A stretch of DNA of 64,000 bases, from IMG/VR virus record IMGVR_UViG_3300044935_000065; one strand, 5' to 3'. Positions 10,043-20,478 of the stretch are shown piece after piece; the stretch's first letter is position 1, and each line of letters starts with the position of its first letter. The notes below the pieces were generated by a model. The model made no database searches. It was not told the DNA's origin and saw only the letters and a list, made by a program, of their open reading frames with translations. The translations under genes were made by a program, and so were the position numbers. Source of the stretch: a virus. Lineage: Duplodnaviria; Caudoviricetes.

Positions 10043-10387
10043 CTATTTTGGTGAGGGAGGGCTAATAGCGTCTTCATCATCAAATTCATTGTCAGAGCTA
10101 ACCTCTGGAGTATTCTGTAACATGCGTCCATGCCGGATGTTGATGATGTCGACAAATTCGACATCTGGAATGTAGTCGAGAAGATAATCGCCAACCACAA
10201 AAGTTAATGCATCTTTGATATGCAAACCATGTGCGCCATTTCCGATTTTTGGAAATTGCAGAAGCGTCTTTTTAGCCTCTTTTATCGAATTCAAGAATTT
10301 TTCTGCAGCGGATGGGCTTCGGTCATTAAGATATTTCGTTTCCTTGCGAACGAAGTTGCTTGCTTGTCGCGATAATCTAATACGCAT
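10043..10387 (-). CDS. RelE/ParE family toxin with acidic C-terminal extension
   Basis: MRIRLSRQA...SPSAAEKF...L.QFPKIG...GDYLLDY...IINIRHGR pattern; start codon overlaps the antitoxin stop. Confidence 0.85.
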   Translation of the reverse strand: MRIRLSRQASNFVRKETKYLNDRSPSAAEKFLNSIKEAKKTLLQFPKIGNGAHGLHIKDALTFVVGDYLLDYIPDVEFVDIINIRHGRMLQNTPEVSSDNEFDDEDAISPPSPK

Positions 10388-10647
10388 CAAGCGACCTTCT
10401 TACCGATAATACGCTCCATGTCAGCGATCACATCGTCGATATCATCACTGTCTCCTTCTGCGATCTGTTCTCGGCCTTTAATGGCGTTTAAAATATCCGC
10501 TCCCTCATTCATGAGGTAAGTTTTCAGCGCACGGACAATGATATAGCTCTTAGACCGATCTGTTGCTTCAGCGATTTTTTCAAGGTCGCCGTTAATTTTG
10601 TTAGGGACTCTAACGGTAACTGACTCCGAGAGATTGCTGTTTGACAT
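10387..10647 (-). CDS. CopG/RHH family antitoxin
   Basis: SVTVRVP...LEKIAEATDRSKSYIIVRAL ribbon-helix-helix; GGAGG RBS; GTAAGACA direct repeat at 10666-10683 upstream as candidate operator. Confidence 0.85.
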   Translation of the reverse strand: MSNSNLSESVTVRVPNKINGDLEKIAEATDRSKSYIIVRALKTYLMNEGADILNAIKGREQIAEGDSDDIDDVIADMERIIGKKVA

Positions 10648-10835
10648 TTTATCGCCTCCTATGGCGTAAGACACTGTAAGACATTACTGGTGGCGGAGCA
10701 AGCTTTTTTGAACGATGTTTAGAGGCAGAATTTAAAGAGACCACTAATAGCGAATAGGAAGCAGTAACCGACGACTAACGCTTCTCCACAATGAAATGAC
10801 TAATGCTGGTTCGATCTCGTGTCCCGACTCTTTCG

Positions 10836-11170
10836 TTATCTAAACTTGGGAGGTGTGAAATCTGCTGACTGCTCATTGTTCGTATTATTACCGAGAGCTT
10901 CAACAACTCGTGGATGGGAAAGCCAATCCTCGTATGAATATTCCTTTCCTTTCAAGAAATACTAAGCATTTTTCCGTTGTCGCGATACAACTCTTTCGAT
11001 ACTTTGAATTTGGAATAGGAGGCATCAAGTCCAACGATAATATAGCGTTTGAAGCTTAAACGGTTCATGTCCACGTAATGGTGAACTTGGAGAGGAGATG
11101 CGAACGCGCCTGGTGCAAATCCTAGGCGCACAGCATCTTCCAGATTTAATTTGAAGGAATGCTCATTCAT
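10836..11170 (-). pseudogene. Probable frameshifted hypothetical gene
   Basis: ORF MNEHSFK...KMLSIS stops at 10952; a shifted frame continues YFLKGKEYSYEDWLSHP...ADFTPPKFR* to 10836. Confidence 0.4.
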
Positions 11171-11172
11171 TA

Positions 11173-12675
11173 TTAAAAGCGTTCCAACGCCCCCAACAAA
11201 TAACAATTCCAGTCGCTGTTTGCCTTATTCCAGAAATCACGAGCTTCGAATTCATCATCAAAGACAGCCATCTGCTTTTCTGCATCATCGAATAGCACGA
11301 CAAATTTTTGCGCTGTTGGTTCGCCTTTATCCATTGGCTGGCAGTATGCAACCTTAGCTCCAGGAATTGGCAACGCAGAGCCTGTTGGCTTCGTCTTTTG
11401 CTTAGCCTTAATCTTTTCTCTGATTTCAGGCTGCATAATACGGCGAAGTTCGGCTTCACCTCCCTCTGCCATGTCGAGGCCGTGAGCATAACAAAGAGAT
11501 GCTAACGTTACGAGAGTGCCGCCGAGTTCCTGATTGGGTTCGCCAACGTCACGATTGAAGACATATTTGACCAAAGCGTGCGCGCGATTGGCAGAATAGC
11601 CAAGGGATTGAGCGAGTTCGATGGCCTCTTCAATAAAACGGTCGATGCGCTCGATCTTATCGTGTGCAATCGTATGGCCAAAACAGTCTTCAAGCCAGCT
11701 GCCAACACGCTTCTGATAGGCAACAAACGTGTTCCATGACGGAAGAGGCATTTGCGTTCCAGAGCGAGGAATAGAGCGTTTCAAGGGATCATTCTGGATT
11801 GCCTCAAATCCACGAGCGATTGCTTCATCTAATGGAAAACGGGTGTCTGCAATGAATTCATCTGTCCGACTGGAAGGTTGAGGCTCCCATTCCCACTCAC
11901 CGCTTCTGCTTAAAACAGAAGTTCCATTCGAAACGCACCAGAGATCGTCTCCGCGATGTTTGACTTCGATATGATCATATCCATGAGTTCGACGTTTGCT
12001 GTCGTCAGTAATGGTAAAGGATTCCGCCATATCAACCAGTTCGCGAAGACGTTTGTTTTCTTTACGGATGTCCGCATAAATTTTCAGGACGTCCACGGTG
12101 TCAATATCTTCGTGTCCAAGTTCACGCCGCATAATATGAAGCTGAACAAGATAATCCATGGCTTCATTGTAGATAGACTCGGTTTCGGCTTTGTCCTTCT
12201 CGGCAGCTTCAACACGCGCTTCAGCGGCTTCGAGAGATTTCTTCAAATCTTCGATCTCAAGTTCCAGCTTGGATGCCTTCTCAGACGCGGTAATGCGCGC
12301 ATCCTCGGCCTTGTTCTCCCGAACACGAGCTTCAGCACCATGCTGTCGCGCTGCGTCGCGTTCTGTTTCAAGTTTCACAAGCAATTCGCGGACGGATTTG
12401 CCGTACACTGGGTGCGTATTAGATTGAGATGTGGAATCCAATTCCTTGTGAAAAACGAAATGGGCAGTTTGATTGTTTGTCGTCGTTTCATCTAAGTACC
12501 CGATGCAATGAGAAGCTAGTCGGTGCTCCAATTTATCTGACAGACCACAGTCTGGACAAGGTTCTTCCCATGCATCAACATCCGCCTCCCCGACACGGTA
12601 GACGCCGCCAATCAAGCCATTACCATCGCATGTCTTGCATTCCTTTTTATGCTGAGGCGTCTCACTATGAGTCAT
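11173..12675 (-). CDS. Phage-like mosaic protein: Zn-finger + coiled coil + MazG-like NTP-PPase domain
   Basis: CKTC..G.G / CPDC; coiled coil; ERIDRFIEEAIELAQS...QELGGTLVTL MazG-like segment. Confidence 0.65.
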   Translation of the reverse strand: MTHSETPQHKKECKTCDGNGLIGGVYRVGEADVDAWEEPCPDCGLSDKLEHRLASHCIGYLDETTTNNQTAHFVFHKELDSTSQSNTHPVYGKSVRELLVKLETERDAARQHGAEARVRENKAEDARITASEKASKLELEIEDLKKSLEAAEARVEAAEKDKAETESIYNEAMDYLVQLHIMRRELGHEDIDTVDVLKIYADIRKENKRLRELVDMAESFTITDDSKRRTHGYDHIEVKHRGDDLWCVSNGTSVLSRSGEWEWEPQPSSRTDEFIADTRFPLDEAIARGFEAIQNDPLKRSIPRSGTQMPLPSWNTFVAYQKRVGSWLEDCFGHTIAHDKIERIDRFIEEAIELAQSLGYSANRAHALVKYVFNRDVGEPNQELGGTLVTLASLCYAHGLDMAEGGEAELRRIMQPEIREKIKAKQKTKPTGSALPIPGAKVAYCQPMDKGEPTAQKFVVLFDDAEKQMAVFDDEFEARDFWNKANSDWNCYLLGALERF

Positions 12676-12880
12676 GAATTTTTCCTTGGTTTCAAAAAAA
12701 CGGATGCAATAAAATTATATGAGCGTTGATCCTATGCGCCTGCCATTATTATCCATAGAAATAATAATAATGTCCACAAAAATACATAAATAATAGACGT
12801 GCAAATATAGAAGACAGACGTGGTTATCGGCCTATTTTCTTGAAGTGCATATGTATGATCTCAGCTGATACGAAGCCGTT

Positions 12881-13246
12881 TTACCTAACTCCGACATACA
12901 GACCGTTGTCTGGCATAACTGGCATTTCGGAAAGTGGAAGGCACATGTTGTTCTTCTTCACGACCATTCGCTCTGCAACCAGACGTTTTCCAAATAGTCC
13001 CTGTCGAACATAATCTTTTTCAATTGTGCTAATTGCTGTAACACATGTCTGCTGGTTATCAAAAAGGCGTGTGACTATATTGCAATCATATGCGGATTTG
13101 CTTGAACACAGGAGCGAAACTGCTACCCATACACCTGTTGCTGTGGCACCCATTGTTATCTCTTTCCGGTCAGCGATGCTGCCTTTCATTGGTTGCAAGC
13201 CATCGACCATTCGACAGCTTTTCTCAATCCAAATTAACGATAACAA
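12881..13246 (-). CDS. Hypothetical Cys-containing, possibly exported protein (start probably internal)
   Basis: Hydrophobic segment followed by spaced cysteines. Confidence 0.5.
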   Translation of the reverse strand: MLSLIWIEKSCRMVDGLQPMKGSIADRKEITMGATATGVWVAVSLLCSSKSAYDCNIVTRLFDNQQTCVTAISTIEKDYVRQGLFGKRLVAERMVVKKNNMCLPLSEMPVMPDNGLYVGVR

Positions 13247-13491
13247 AATCGTGGCATGAATAATTCATGTAGTCCAATTGTGAATTTCGCCGAAATAAAA
13301 TAACAGCGTATTTTATGATGCTTTTTTCCGACCATAAGCAAAATATGGCTTCCATGCACCACAGAGCAGGCCAACGAGCAAGAATACAATTATTGCAAAA
13401 AATGAGTTCTCAACAATAGCAAAAAACAGCGATACAATCGCAGTAAAAAGCAGACACCACTTAAAAAACATGGATGAAAACATAGTCATGG

Positions 13492-13881
13492 TTATAGGAC
13501 GCGAGGTGTGGCTTCATTTGCTGTCTTGGGTTCACCGAGCAAGCGCTTGCGTCTTTCAATCAGCGTTTGCAATTTCTTGATGGCATCAGAATCCGGCCAA
13601 GCCTTGCCACCAGATCGCGTTTTCTGGAATTCGTTCATTCCTTCTTGGAAACCTTCATTATAAGCATCGCGAACGAGGTTCTGCAGATAGTCGATGAGAC
13701 CGCCCTCACCGTTCGCCTTTAGCAAAGCGCGTTCGAGTTCTGCGATTTTGCCAAGCAGTCGAGCCTCACGCTCTGATCCCATGCCATTCAGGCGGGCCTG
13801 CTCCAATGTTTCTTGTTCAGCAGCACTCGCACGTTCAAGTGCTGAATCCAACTTTTTCTGCAATGAGCCATCAGAAGTCAT
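13492..13881 (-). CDS. Phage-like hypothetical protein
   Basis: 129-aa ORF, GGAG RBS, coiled-coil N-terminus. Confidence 0.7.
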   Translation of the reverse strand: MTSDGSLQKKLDSALERASAAEQETLEQARLNGMGSEREARLLGKIAELERALLKANGEGGLIDYLQNLVRDAYNEGFQEGMNEFQKTRSGGKAWPDSDAIKKLQTLIERRKRLLGEPKTANEATPRVL

Positions 13882-14119
13882 GAAATATCTCCTTATTTAT
13901 AATTTTCTATACCATGCAGAATTTAAAAAATCATTCTTTATTTGGGGGAGTTTTTAATTTCTAGCTTTATTCTTGAAGTTTCATTTAATCTATCTCGAAT
14001 ATGTAAAGCGTATAAATTCCAAGGCCCATAAATGCTATGCTCACAAAAGTTCCATATCTTTCCATCCATTTTGTATTTCTATTTATGTAGATGCTGTGTA
14101 ATGGATTTTTGAGAACACC

Positions 14120-14340
14120 CAATTGTGCAACAAGGCGTTGCACAATTGTAGTGGGTGGACATGTTGCCTGATAAATTCCAAGAAAACTCAATTGTACAAC
14201 AGGACATTGAACAATTGGGATGGTTCACTTTGAGCGAGTTCAAGTATTTTGTGCTGCGCAATCACAATGTTTTGGTGTTGTGCTATTACAATGTTTTGGT
14301 GCTGTTTAAGAACAAAGTTTTTTTGTAGCACAATTGTGAT
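14120..14340. repeat. Cluster of palindromic CAATTG sites and a 24-bp-spaced direct repeat
   Basis: CAATTG at 14120, 14143, 14189, 14212, 14331; ACAATGTTTTGGTG at 14264 and 14288. Confidence 0.7.
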
Positions 14341-14647
14341 TTCTGAAGGGGAATTCAATAATGCGCTGAATTTCAACAACTTATCTAAAATTGACTGCTG
14401 TTATATAGCAACCCAGAACTCATTGGCTTCGACGTAGAAGACATTGAATTCAAGCTACACAAGTTCCTCGGCGCTAGCGGTTTCCATTTTCAGTTGGTCC
14501 GCGATCAGAAGCTTGAAGATCCTCGTTGTTGGACTCAACGAAAACAGCTGGAGGCAACTTCGGCCGTCCAATAGTCGGATATGCATCGATAGAGTATCAG
14601 GATTCAATTCCCGTATGGAGAGGACGAAAATAGGGAGAGAACAGTGC

Positions 14648-14908
14648 CTACTGTAGTTTTAAGCTTGGGCTGTCGTCGGCTTCAACGCCAAGATTTTCTC
14701 TTGCTTGCGCGATCTGAAATTCAAGATAGTTCATGTACTCGTTGAGAGCGTCAGTAGCAATCTTTGTTGATCCAGCGGAATAGCGGACGACCTGAGCTTC
14801 ATGAAGGTTTTCTGGTTCTTTATTGCCATCGCTCATGATCTGTTTTAGGGCATTAATTAGAATTTGTTCCCGTTCGCTAATTTGCTGAATTCCAGTATTA
14901 TTATTCAT
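14648..14908 (-). CDS. Hypothetical protein
   Basis: 86-aa ORF with AGGA RBS; acidic Pro-Ser tail. Confidence 0.65.
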   Translation of the reverse strand: MNNNTGIQQISEREQILINALKQIMSDGNKEPENLHEAQVVRYSAGSTKIATDALNEYMNYLEFQIAQARENLGVEADDSPSLKLQ

Positions 14909-15066
14909 CTTTTGCCATCCTTTTAGGTTTTAAACGCGAGTAATTGCACATTCAAAAATTATCGTAGTGACTTATTGTGCCTACAACAATATTGGCTAGC
15001 CACAATATTTAGCATTAATTTTCGAACACATAGATGACTCAAACATTATCTGAAATATAAATGTAT

Positions 15067-15690
15067 TCAGGTTTTCCGCTTCTTCTTTATGTATAGCTCC
15101 CCGTGGCCAGGAGATCGCTCGATCTTGCGCAAGAGCTTGGCGTCAAAATCGGTAAGGTTCATGGCCTTTGTATCAGCACGAGTGAGACCGATATCTTTCA
15201 GGACATCTTTTGCCATGCCAGGCTGGTCATGCATGTGAACCAGAGTGCAACAGGCAAGGGTATAGCCGAATTTGAATGCCTTATTGGTCAATTCGTCATC
15301 ATCATTGCTCTTTTGATCCCATACAGAGAAAGAGCCGTCCTTGCTTCTGGATGTGCCGTCCCATGGTTTCTCATAGCGTGGCAGTCCATCGAGCAACCAG
15401 AGGTCATCATCTTTGTAATGCCAACTGACCTGACCTGCGGGCGTGTCGACATACAGGATGGTACTGAATTCATCCATACCGGGTGTGTCATCCAGACCCG
15501 TGCCAGCCTCTAGTCCAGCTCGCAAAGCCATTCGAGCTAATGCTGCAGTAGCGTACGAACGCTCGGTATAGGCTCGCTCAACGCGATGCTTATAGACATC
15601 AACGAGTTCCTCAGCCAGGTTGAGCTGAATTTGCAGGTCCTCAATTCGTCGTTTTGCTGCCATCAATTCGTTTTCGAGATCAGTCGTCAT
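15067..15690 (-). CDS. Phage-like protein with WDGH-type domain
   Basis: LYVDTPAGQVSWHY...YEKPWDG motif. Confidence 0.65.
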   Translation of the reverse strand: MTTDLENELMAAKRRIEDLQIQLNLAEELVDVYKHRVERAYTERSYATAALARMALRAGLEAGTGLDDTPGMDEFSTILYVDTPAGQVSWHYKDDDLWLLDGLPRYEKPWDGTSRSKDGSFSVWDQKSNDDDELTNKAFKFGYTLACCTLVHMHDQPGMAKDVLKDIGLTRADTKAMNLTDFDAKLLRKIERSPGHGELYIKKKRKT

Positions 15691-16004
15691 TGAATGAGAC
15701 CTCGCTTATGAAAATAGAAGATGCCTGCTTCCCTTGCCGCATCTTGGTAAGCCTTACGAGCGGCTTCACGGATCAGACGCTCTGCAGCCGTCTCAGGTTT
15801 ACGAGGTAAGGTGATATGGTCACGAGACTGATTAAAGTCAGACAAGGCATCCGCATAGTCCTTCTCGGCCTGTTCGCGAATAGCGCGTTCTGTGAAAGTC
15901 TCGGGGCGGGTCCATGACCAGTTGCCGAAGTCGCATGTTCCTGTGTTATTGGGCATCAAATTACCTTCCGGTTGAGCAAGCTTAATCGTGGTCGAAGCTT
16001 TCAT
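15687..16004 (-). CDS. Hypothetical protein
   Basis: Overlapping/coupled with neighbouring ORFs. Confidence 0.6.
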   Translation of the reverse strand: MKASTTIKLAQPEGNLMPNNTGTCDFGNWSWTRPETFTERAIREQAEKDYADALSDFNQSRDHITLPRKPETAAERLIREAARKAYQDAAREAGIFYFHKRGLIQ

Positions 16005-16203
16005 AAATAACGTTTTTCACTGCGGATTTTTGCTTCTCCAGGTGGCAGTGAGCCAAAAAATATCCTGAAAACGCTACAAATGCGCCGAAGAACGCTCCTC
16101 CTAGGAAAACGAAATCTTCCGCATATAGAATAAGCGCTGCTCTAATGAAAAAAGAAGCAAAAGCCGAAACAATAATTAGCAGAGAAAGCTTGAGGTAAAT
16201 CAT
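15982..16203 (-). CDS. Small membrane protein
   Basis: Two TM segments. Confidence 0.55.
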   Translation of the reverse strand: MIYLKLSLLIIVSAFASFFIRAALILYAEDFVFLGGAFFGAFVAFSGYFLAHCHLEKQKSAVKNVIYESFDHD

Positions 16204-16344
16204 TTAATGATCTTTATGTTAGATAGCTGAATACGGGAAAGTTTCGTGCATTGATCGAGATAAGCCTGTTGATAAGGCCTAAGCGGTGCAGCGAGATCGT
16301 CCAGAAATTTCGACTGAAAGCCGATAAGGTCTGACGATTCCGGT

Positions 16345-16596
16345 TTATTCTGATTTGGTGTCTGCGCTTGCTGCATGTTCGGCTTCCTTTCGCTTCTTAT
16401 CGTCAACGTAGATGTGACATTTATCGACACCCGAAAAAATGTAGTTCATCTGGTTTTGAACCCAGAGTTCGGATTTGATCTTGTCGCGATGAGCGCGCGC
16501 CTCTTCCACGCCTCCCCATTTCGCACCAAGGAAAATCCCTAGCCCAAAAACAATAAATGCGCTGATAATTCCAGTTTTACGTGAAATGGTGCTCAT
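16345..16596 (-). CDS. Small single-TM protein
   Basis: N-terminal TM helix, AAGGA RBS. Confidence 0.55.
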   Translation of the reverse strand: MSTISRKTGIISAFIVFGLGIFLGAKWGGVEEARAHRDKIKSELWVQNQMNYIFSGVDKCHIYVDDKKRKEAEHAASADTKSE

Positions 16597-16681
16597 TGCT
16601 GTTCCTTTTTCGAGGCAGATTTATACACAAATTAAGTTTAAAATCCAGATGATTTAAATTGGCGCAGTAAATAAATGCGTT

Positions 16682-18205
16682 CTAACTTAATCGCTCCCAA
16701 CTGGCTTCCTCATATTCAACAGCATCAATCACCTGATGAATAATCGAAGATGGCGTCGTTGATCCCTGTCCTGCTACCCGTTTAATGATTTTGAGTGCAA
16801 TCTTGTAACGATCCGCCCTTTGGCTGGCTGCGTCCGCTCGAAATTTTGCCGAATTCAACATTAATCCGAAATTGTCTGGATCAATGAAATGCGTTCCATC
16901 TGGTAGCGTTCGTGTGGATTGACCGTTAGCAATTACTGCTGCAATTTCATCCCATAAATTCTCACGCTTGGCGATTTCTTCGATTTTACGTAGGCGAACT
17001 GCGTGCCATTCCCGCGTAAACAAGTCATTCTTTTCCAGTTTTTCTATTTCACGCTTTAAAATTCCAATCTCAGTAAGAAGATCGGAGTCGCGATATGCCA
17101 TGTTTGGATTAAAATCCTTAAGTGCGATTGCGAGTTTCATAATTGCTCGGAAATCGCTAGGACCAAACCAGGTAGTGATCGGTTGCCTCTGATTGGTGTC
17201 TGTCCAACCATCGTCATCAACGTTCCATCCGGCGAACGACGCAAAAGGTCTTAGGACTTCCGCGATTTCGCCACGCGTGAAGCCGTCGATGACTTTTTGA
17301 TCAATGGTTCGGTTCCAGTCAGCAATTGCAGCTTCCTTGGAGTAATGAGGTGCGGTCTCAGGTGAGCAGATGCAATGTTCATCGTTAGATTGCGCGCTGC
17401 AAACCACTTTGTAATTAACGTGATCAGGTGCTGTCACCTTAGGCGTTGAGTAACACCATGGGCAATCCTTGGGCTTAAGCTTATAATCGATGACAGGAAC
17501 AGAACCATCATCCTTGGCTGGATTAGCAGGGATGACGCCTGTTGCCTTATAGGCCTTAACCTCGGCTTCAAGGGTGGCAATACGCTTCTTGTAGTCGGCA
17601 ATCTCGTTTTCGGCGGCCTTCAGCTGCAGATGCTGTGCTTCGTAGGCCCAGTCAGATGTTGCAAGCCGCTTTAGCAGATCGCTGCAATGCGTCCGTAATT
17701 CCTCGGCATACACCGCCTGAAACTTGTGTTCATTCTTGAACTCTGGAGTAAATGACGGCTCTTTATCCGCATTTGTATAACTCCAGATGTCATCTGACTG
17801 ATCCGGTTTCGAAAGCCAACGATAGGCAATCGGCATGGCAGGATATGGAGACAAATCCGCAACCGCGTCCGCATAGACAGGAATAGTGAATTCGGTCGCG
17901 TGAATATCTTGATCATAATCTTTAAGGGCGCAGAACCGATTGTCTTGACCGTCCTCGGATGTTGACGTCAGATAGCCCACGAGCTTGCCATGAGGACGAT
18001 CATTAAAGCGCGTGTTCCATTCTTTTACCGCTTCATGGACGATGTCGTAGATATGCGTCATCGGTTGTGAACTGCATTCCGGAACATCATCATAATAATC
18101 CGCGCACACGAATTGCCATTCGTGTTCTTTGTTTCCACGCATTTTGACAGCTTCGCGGCCGCAAAATGGACAAGGCTTCAAACGAAGATCGGCCAAATTA
18201 TTCAT
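16682..18205 (-). CDS. Multidomain protein with two Lar-like (restriction alleviation) Zn-binding modules
   Basis: LKPCPFCG...C...C...EAVKEWNTR and PKDCPWC...C...C...AAIADWNR; ATG at 18205. Confidence 0.7.
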   Translation of the reverse strand: MNNLADLRLKPCPFCGREAVKMRGNKEHEWQFVCADYYDDVPECSSQPMTHIYDIVHEAVKEWNTRFNDRPHGKLVGYLTSTSEDGQDNRFCALKDYDQDIHATEFTIPVYADAVADLSPYPAMPIAYRWLSKPDQSDDIWSYTNADKEPSFTPEFKNEHKFQAVYAEELRTHCSDLLKRLATSDWAYEAQHLQLKAAENEIADYKKRIATLEAEVKAYKATGVIPANPAKDDGSVPVIDYKLKPKDCPWCYSTPKVTAPDHVNYKVVCSAQSNDEHCICSPETAPHYSKEAAIADWNRTIDQKVIDGFTRGEIAEVLRPFASFAGWNVDDDGWTDTNQRQPITTWFGPSDFRAIMKLAIALKDFNPNMAYRDSDLLTEIGILKREIEKLEKNDLFTREWHAVRLRKIEEIAKRENLWDEIAAVIANGQSTRTLPDGTHFIDPDNFGLMLNSAKFRADAASQRADRYKIALKIIKRVAGQGSTTPSSIIHQVIDAVEYEEASWERLS

Positions 18206-18552
18206 TATGAACTCCGGTTTTGATCTGACTGGAAATGAATAGAAGCTAGTGATTTCAATGACTGAAACAGACGGCATATGGAAACTGAAATCAATAATAA
18301 TACAAAAAATGTAAGGAGGGAGTGAAATACGATAATTACCTCATGTATTGAACCGTTAGAAAATAGATTCAATACAGAGGTCATACTCAGGTAGACAATT
18401 GAGGTCGCTATAATAACCACACATAAAAATATTCGTTTAATGTGCTGTTTAACACTTAGAGTGGCAAACTTGGCAGAACTACAAGTGCCAAACTCACTGT
18501 GAAAATCGTTCTCCACACTCATAAAATGCCTCACTTGTTTAATTGCTGCCAT
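18205..18552 (-). CDS. Hypothetical membrane protein
   Basis: Two hydrophobic segments, AT-rich. Confidence 0.45.
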   Translation of the reverse strand: MAAIKQVRHFMSVENDFHSEFGTCSSAKFATLSVKQHIKRIFLCVVIIATSIVYLSMTSVLNLFSNGSIHEVIIVFHSLLTFFVLLLISVSICRLFQSLKSLASIHFQSDQNRSS

Positions 18553-18570
18553 GTGTTGATAAAATGGATG

Positions 18571-20043
18571 TTATTCAACTAAAGCCTTTATTTTATGCCA
18601 GTGTTCTCTTAGATGCGCAGGCAACCCGCCAGCTTCATATGATACCGACGACTGAGTATTTAATTCGATAAAATCTGAAAGGTATTCATCTGTCAGGCAC
18701 TCGGCATTGGAAGCATCAATGTCAGCTAAATTGTCTACAAGCGTTTTGAGTGAAAAGACTGAAGCTTCAATAGAGGCCAGCTGGCTATTACGGAGAGCTA
18801 GCTTTTGATCAAAGTCTTCATTGAAATCCAAGTTGCAGAACGCAGCGTATTCCGTTGTAATCGATCCGATCTCATCGCGAACCGAATGAAGCTGCGATGA
18901 AACTGGTGAAACAATAATCGAGTTCAGCAATGATAGTAGGTATTTGCATCGTGCTTTGGTCAATTTAGGCGACATAGCTAGCTGCGCACCAGTGAGAAAC
19001 TCCTCCTGCATGCTTGCCTTAATCTGTCTTTCCATAAGGTCTAGATCTATATCCATTGAGCGATGGTCAGATGCCGAGGCGGTCGTTTCACCTTTATTTT
19101 TGGAATTTTCAACAAGGAGGCGCAAGCTATCAACCTCAACTATAAGCTTGTTATTCGCATCCTTTAAATTGATGCATGACTCGCTAAGTTCATCGAAGTA
19201 TTTTCTAGAAGCTCCGCGTTCATCAGCACGCTGTTGAATTCCTGCGTTAGTATTGTCATCCCTCATGCTAATCGGTGAAATATCAAGAGACATGTCGTTG
19301 ATGTCGGAGCCACCGTTCTGATCTTTACTTGGATCAATAGTGATCGATATATCCTCTAAATCCATCGTTAGTTCGGCTTCAAGATTCTTGTCAATCTTGA
19401 GATCATCGCGTTCCTTAACAACAGCGTCCAGTTGTTTCCGTAGAGTCTCTATTTCATTCTTAGCTGTGGTCAAATCGCGACTAAGGGCGATACTTGCGTT
19501 AATTTCTGACGTAACAAGGCTTGAATAATGGTCGCGCTCAATACGCATATTCGCCAACTGGATTTCAGCATGTGCAGTTTCAGCATCCATAACAGAGTTA
19601 GCGATTGTCGCGTACTTGGTCAGCGCCAAAATCGTGGCTTTTACGTTGTCAGGAGATGCAGCATAAGCAGACGCAATATTCTTGATGGACATAGCCTTCT
19701 CATCGTCCCGAGTGACGACAGGGCTAATTGTCTTCCCAAATGCACCTTCGATAAGGTCCAGGGGGTATTTGATGAACGGCTTCAAAAAATTGGGATCATT
19801 TTTTAGGTTTAGATCAACAGCTGCATCTATAGCTGCTGAGAGCGTGTTGTGGGATGAATGAGAAATACAGTGTCGATCCCAAACCTCATAATTTAGATAA
19901 TGGGCATCTTTAATATCGCACGGACCTTCACCGTCTTGATTGCACGGAATTTCAATTGGGTAAAATTGCCATCTAAACATATTGAGATACAACTGAAATT
20001 CTCCAGAAAATGTATTAAACTGATCGTTGCCTGATGTGCTCAA
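18571..20043 (-). CDS. Coiled-coil hypothetical protein
   Basis: 490-aa ORF with heptad-rich segments. Confidence 0.75.
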   Translation of the reverse strand: MSTSGNDQFNTFSGEFQLYLNMFRWQFYPIEIPCNQDGEGPCDIKDAHYLNYEVWDRHCISHSSHNTLSAAIDAAVDLNLKNDPNFLKPFIKYPLDLIEGAFGKTISPVVTRDDEKAMSIKNIASAYAASPDNVKATILALTKYATIANSVMDAETAHAEIQLANMRIERDHYSSLVTSEINASIALSRDLTTAKNEIETLRKQLDAVVKERDDLKIDKNLEAELTMDLEDISITIDPSKDQNGGSDINDMSLDISPISMRDDNTNAGIQQRADERGASRKYFDELSESCINLKDANNKLIVEVDSLRLLVENSKNKGETTASASDHRSMDIDLDLMERQIKASMQEEFLTGAQLAMSPKLTKARCKYLLSLLNSIIVSPVSSQLHSVRDEIGSITTEYAAFCNLDFNEDFDQKLALRNSQLASIEASVFSLKTLVDNLADIDASNAECLTDEYLSDFIELNTQSSVSYEAGGLPAHLREHWHKIKALVE

Positions 20044-20148
20044 TTAATTAATAAGCACCAATATTTAACGTCGGATTCGATGGATGTGCAATAGGGTATT
20101 TTGTTTATAATGTTAGAGGTAGCCTGTAAAAAATGCAAAAATTTAACG

Positions 20149-20478
20149 CTATGAATATTGAGCAATCCAGTCATCAGGCAAATCTCTCTTGCCAGAAACA
20201 TTGATGGCAAAAACGCGAACACAATCAGGGCTAAAGTGCTTATGCGTCAGCGTAATTTCACGCCATCCAAAATAAGGAAGCCATAAAGTTCGGTCTGGAT
20301 CGCCAGCCTTCGGATATCCTTTTGTTAGAATAACCTGATCAAAATGTATTTGGCTTCCATCAGATGCTTTAAGTCTTTTTTCCCAATATGGCGTAATCAG
20401 GCGGAATTCTTCAAGCTTTTCACCTGATCGAATAGCATCGAAATATTCAGCTTTGAGTGCGAGGTGGAGCGTCTTCAT
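20149..20478 (-). CDS. ASCH domain protein
   Basis: LHLALKAEYFDAIRSGEKLEEFR ASCH signature. Confidence 0.85.
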   Translation of the reverse strand: MKTLHLALKAEYFDAIRSGEKLEEFRLITPYWEKRLKASDGSQIHFDQVILTKGYPKAGDPDRTLWLPYFGWREITLTHKHFSPDCVRVFAINVSGKRDLPDDWIAQYS

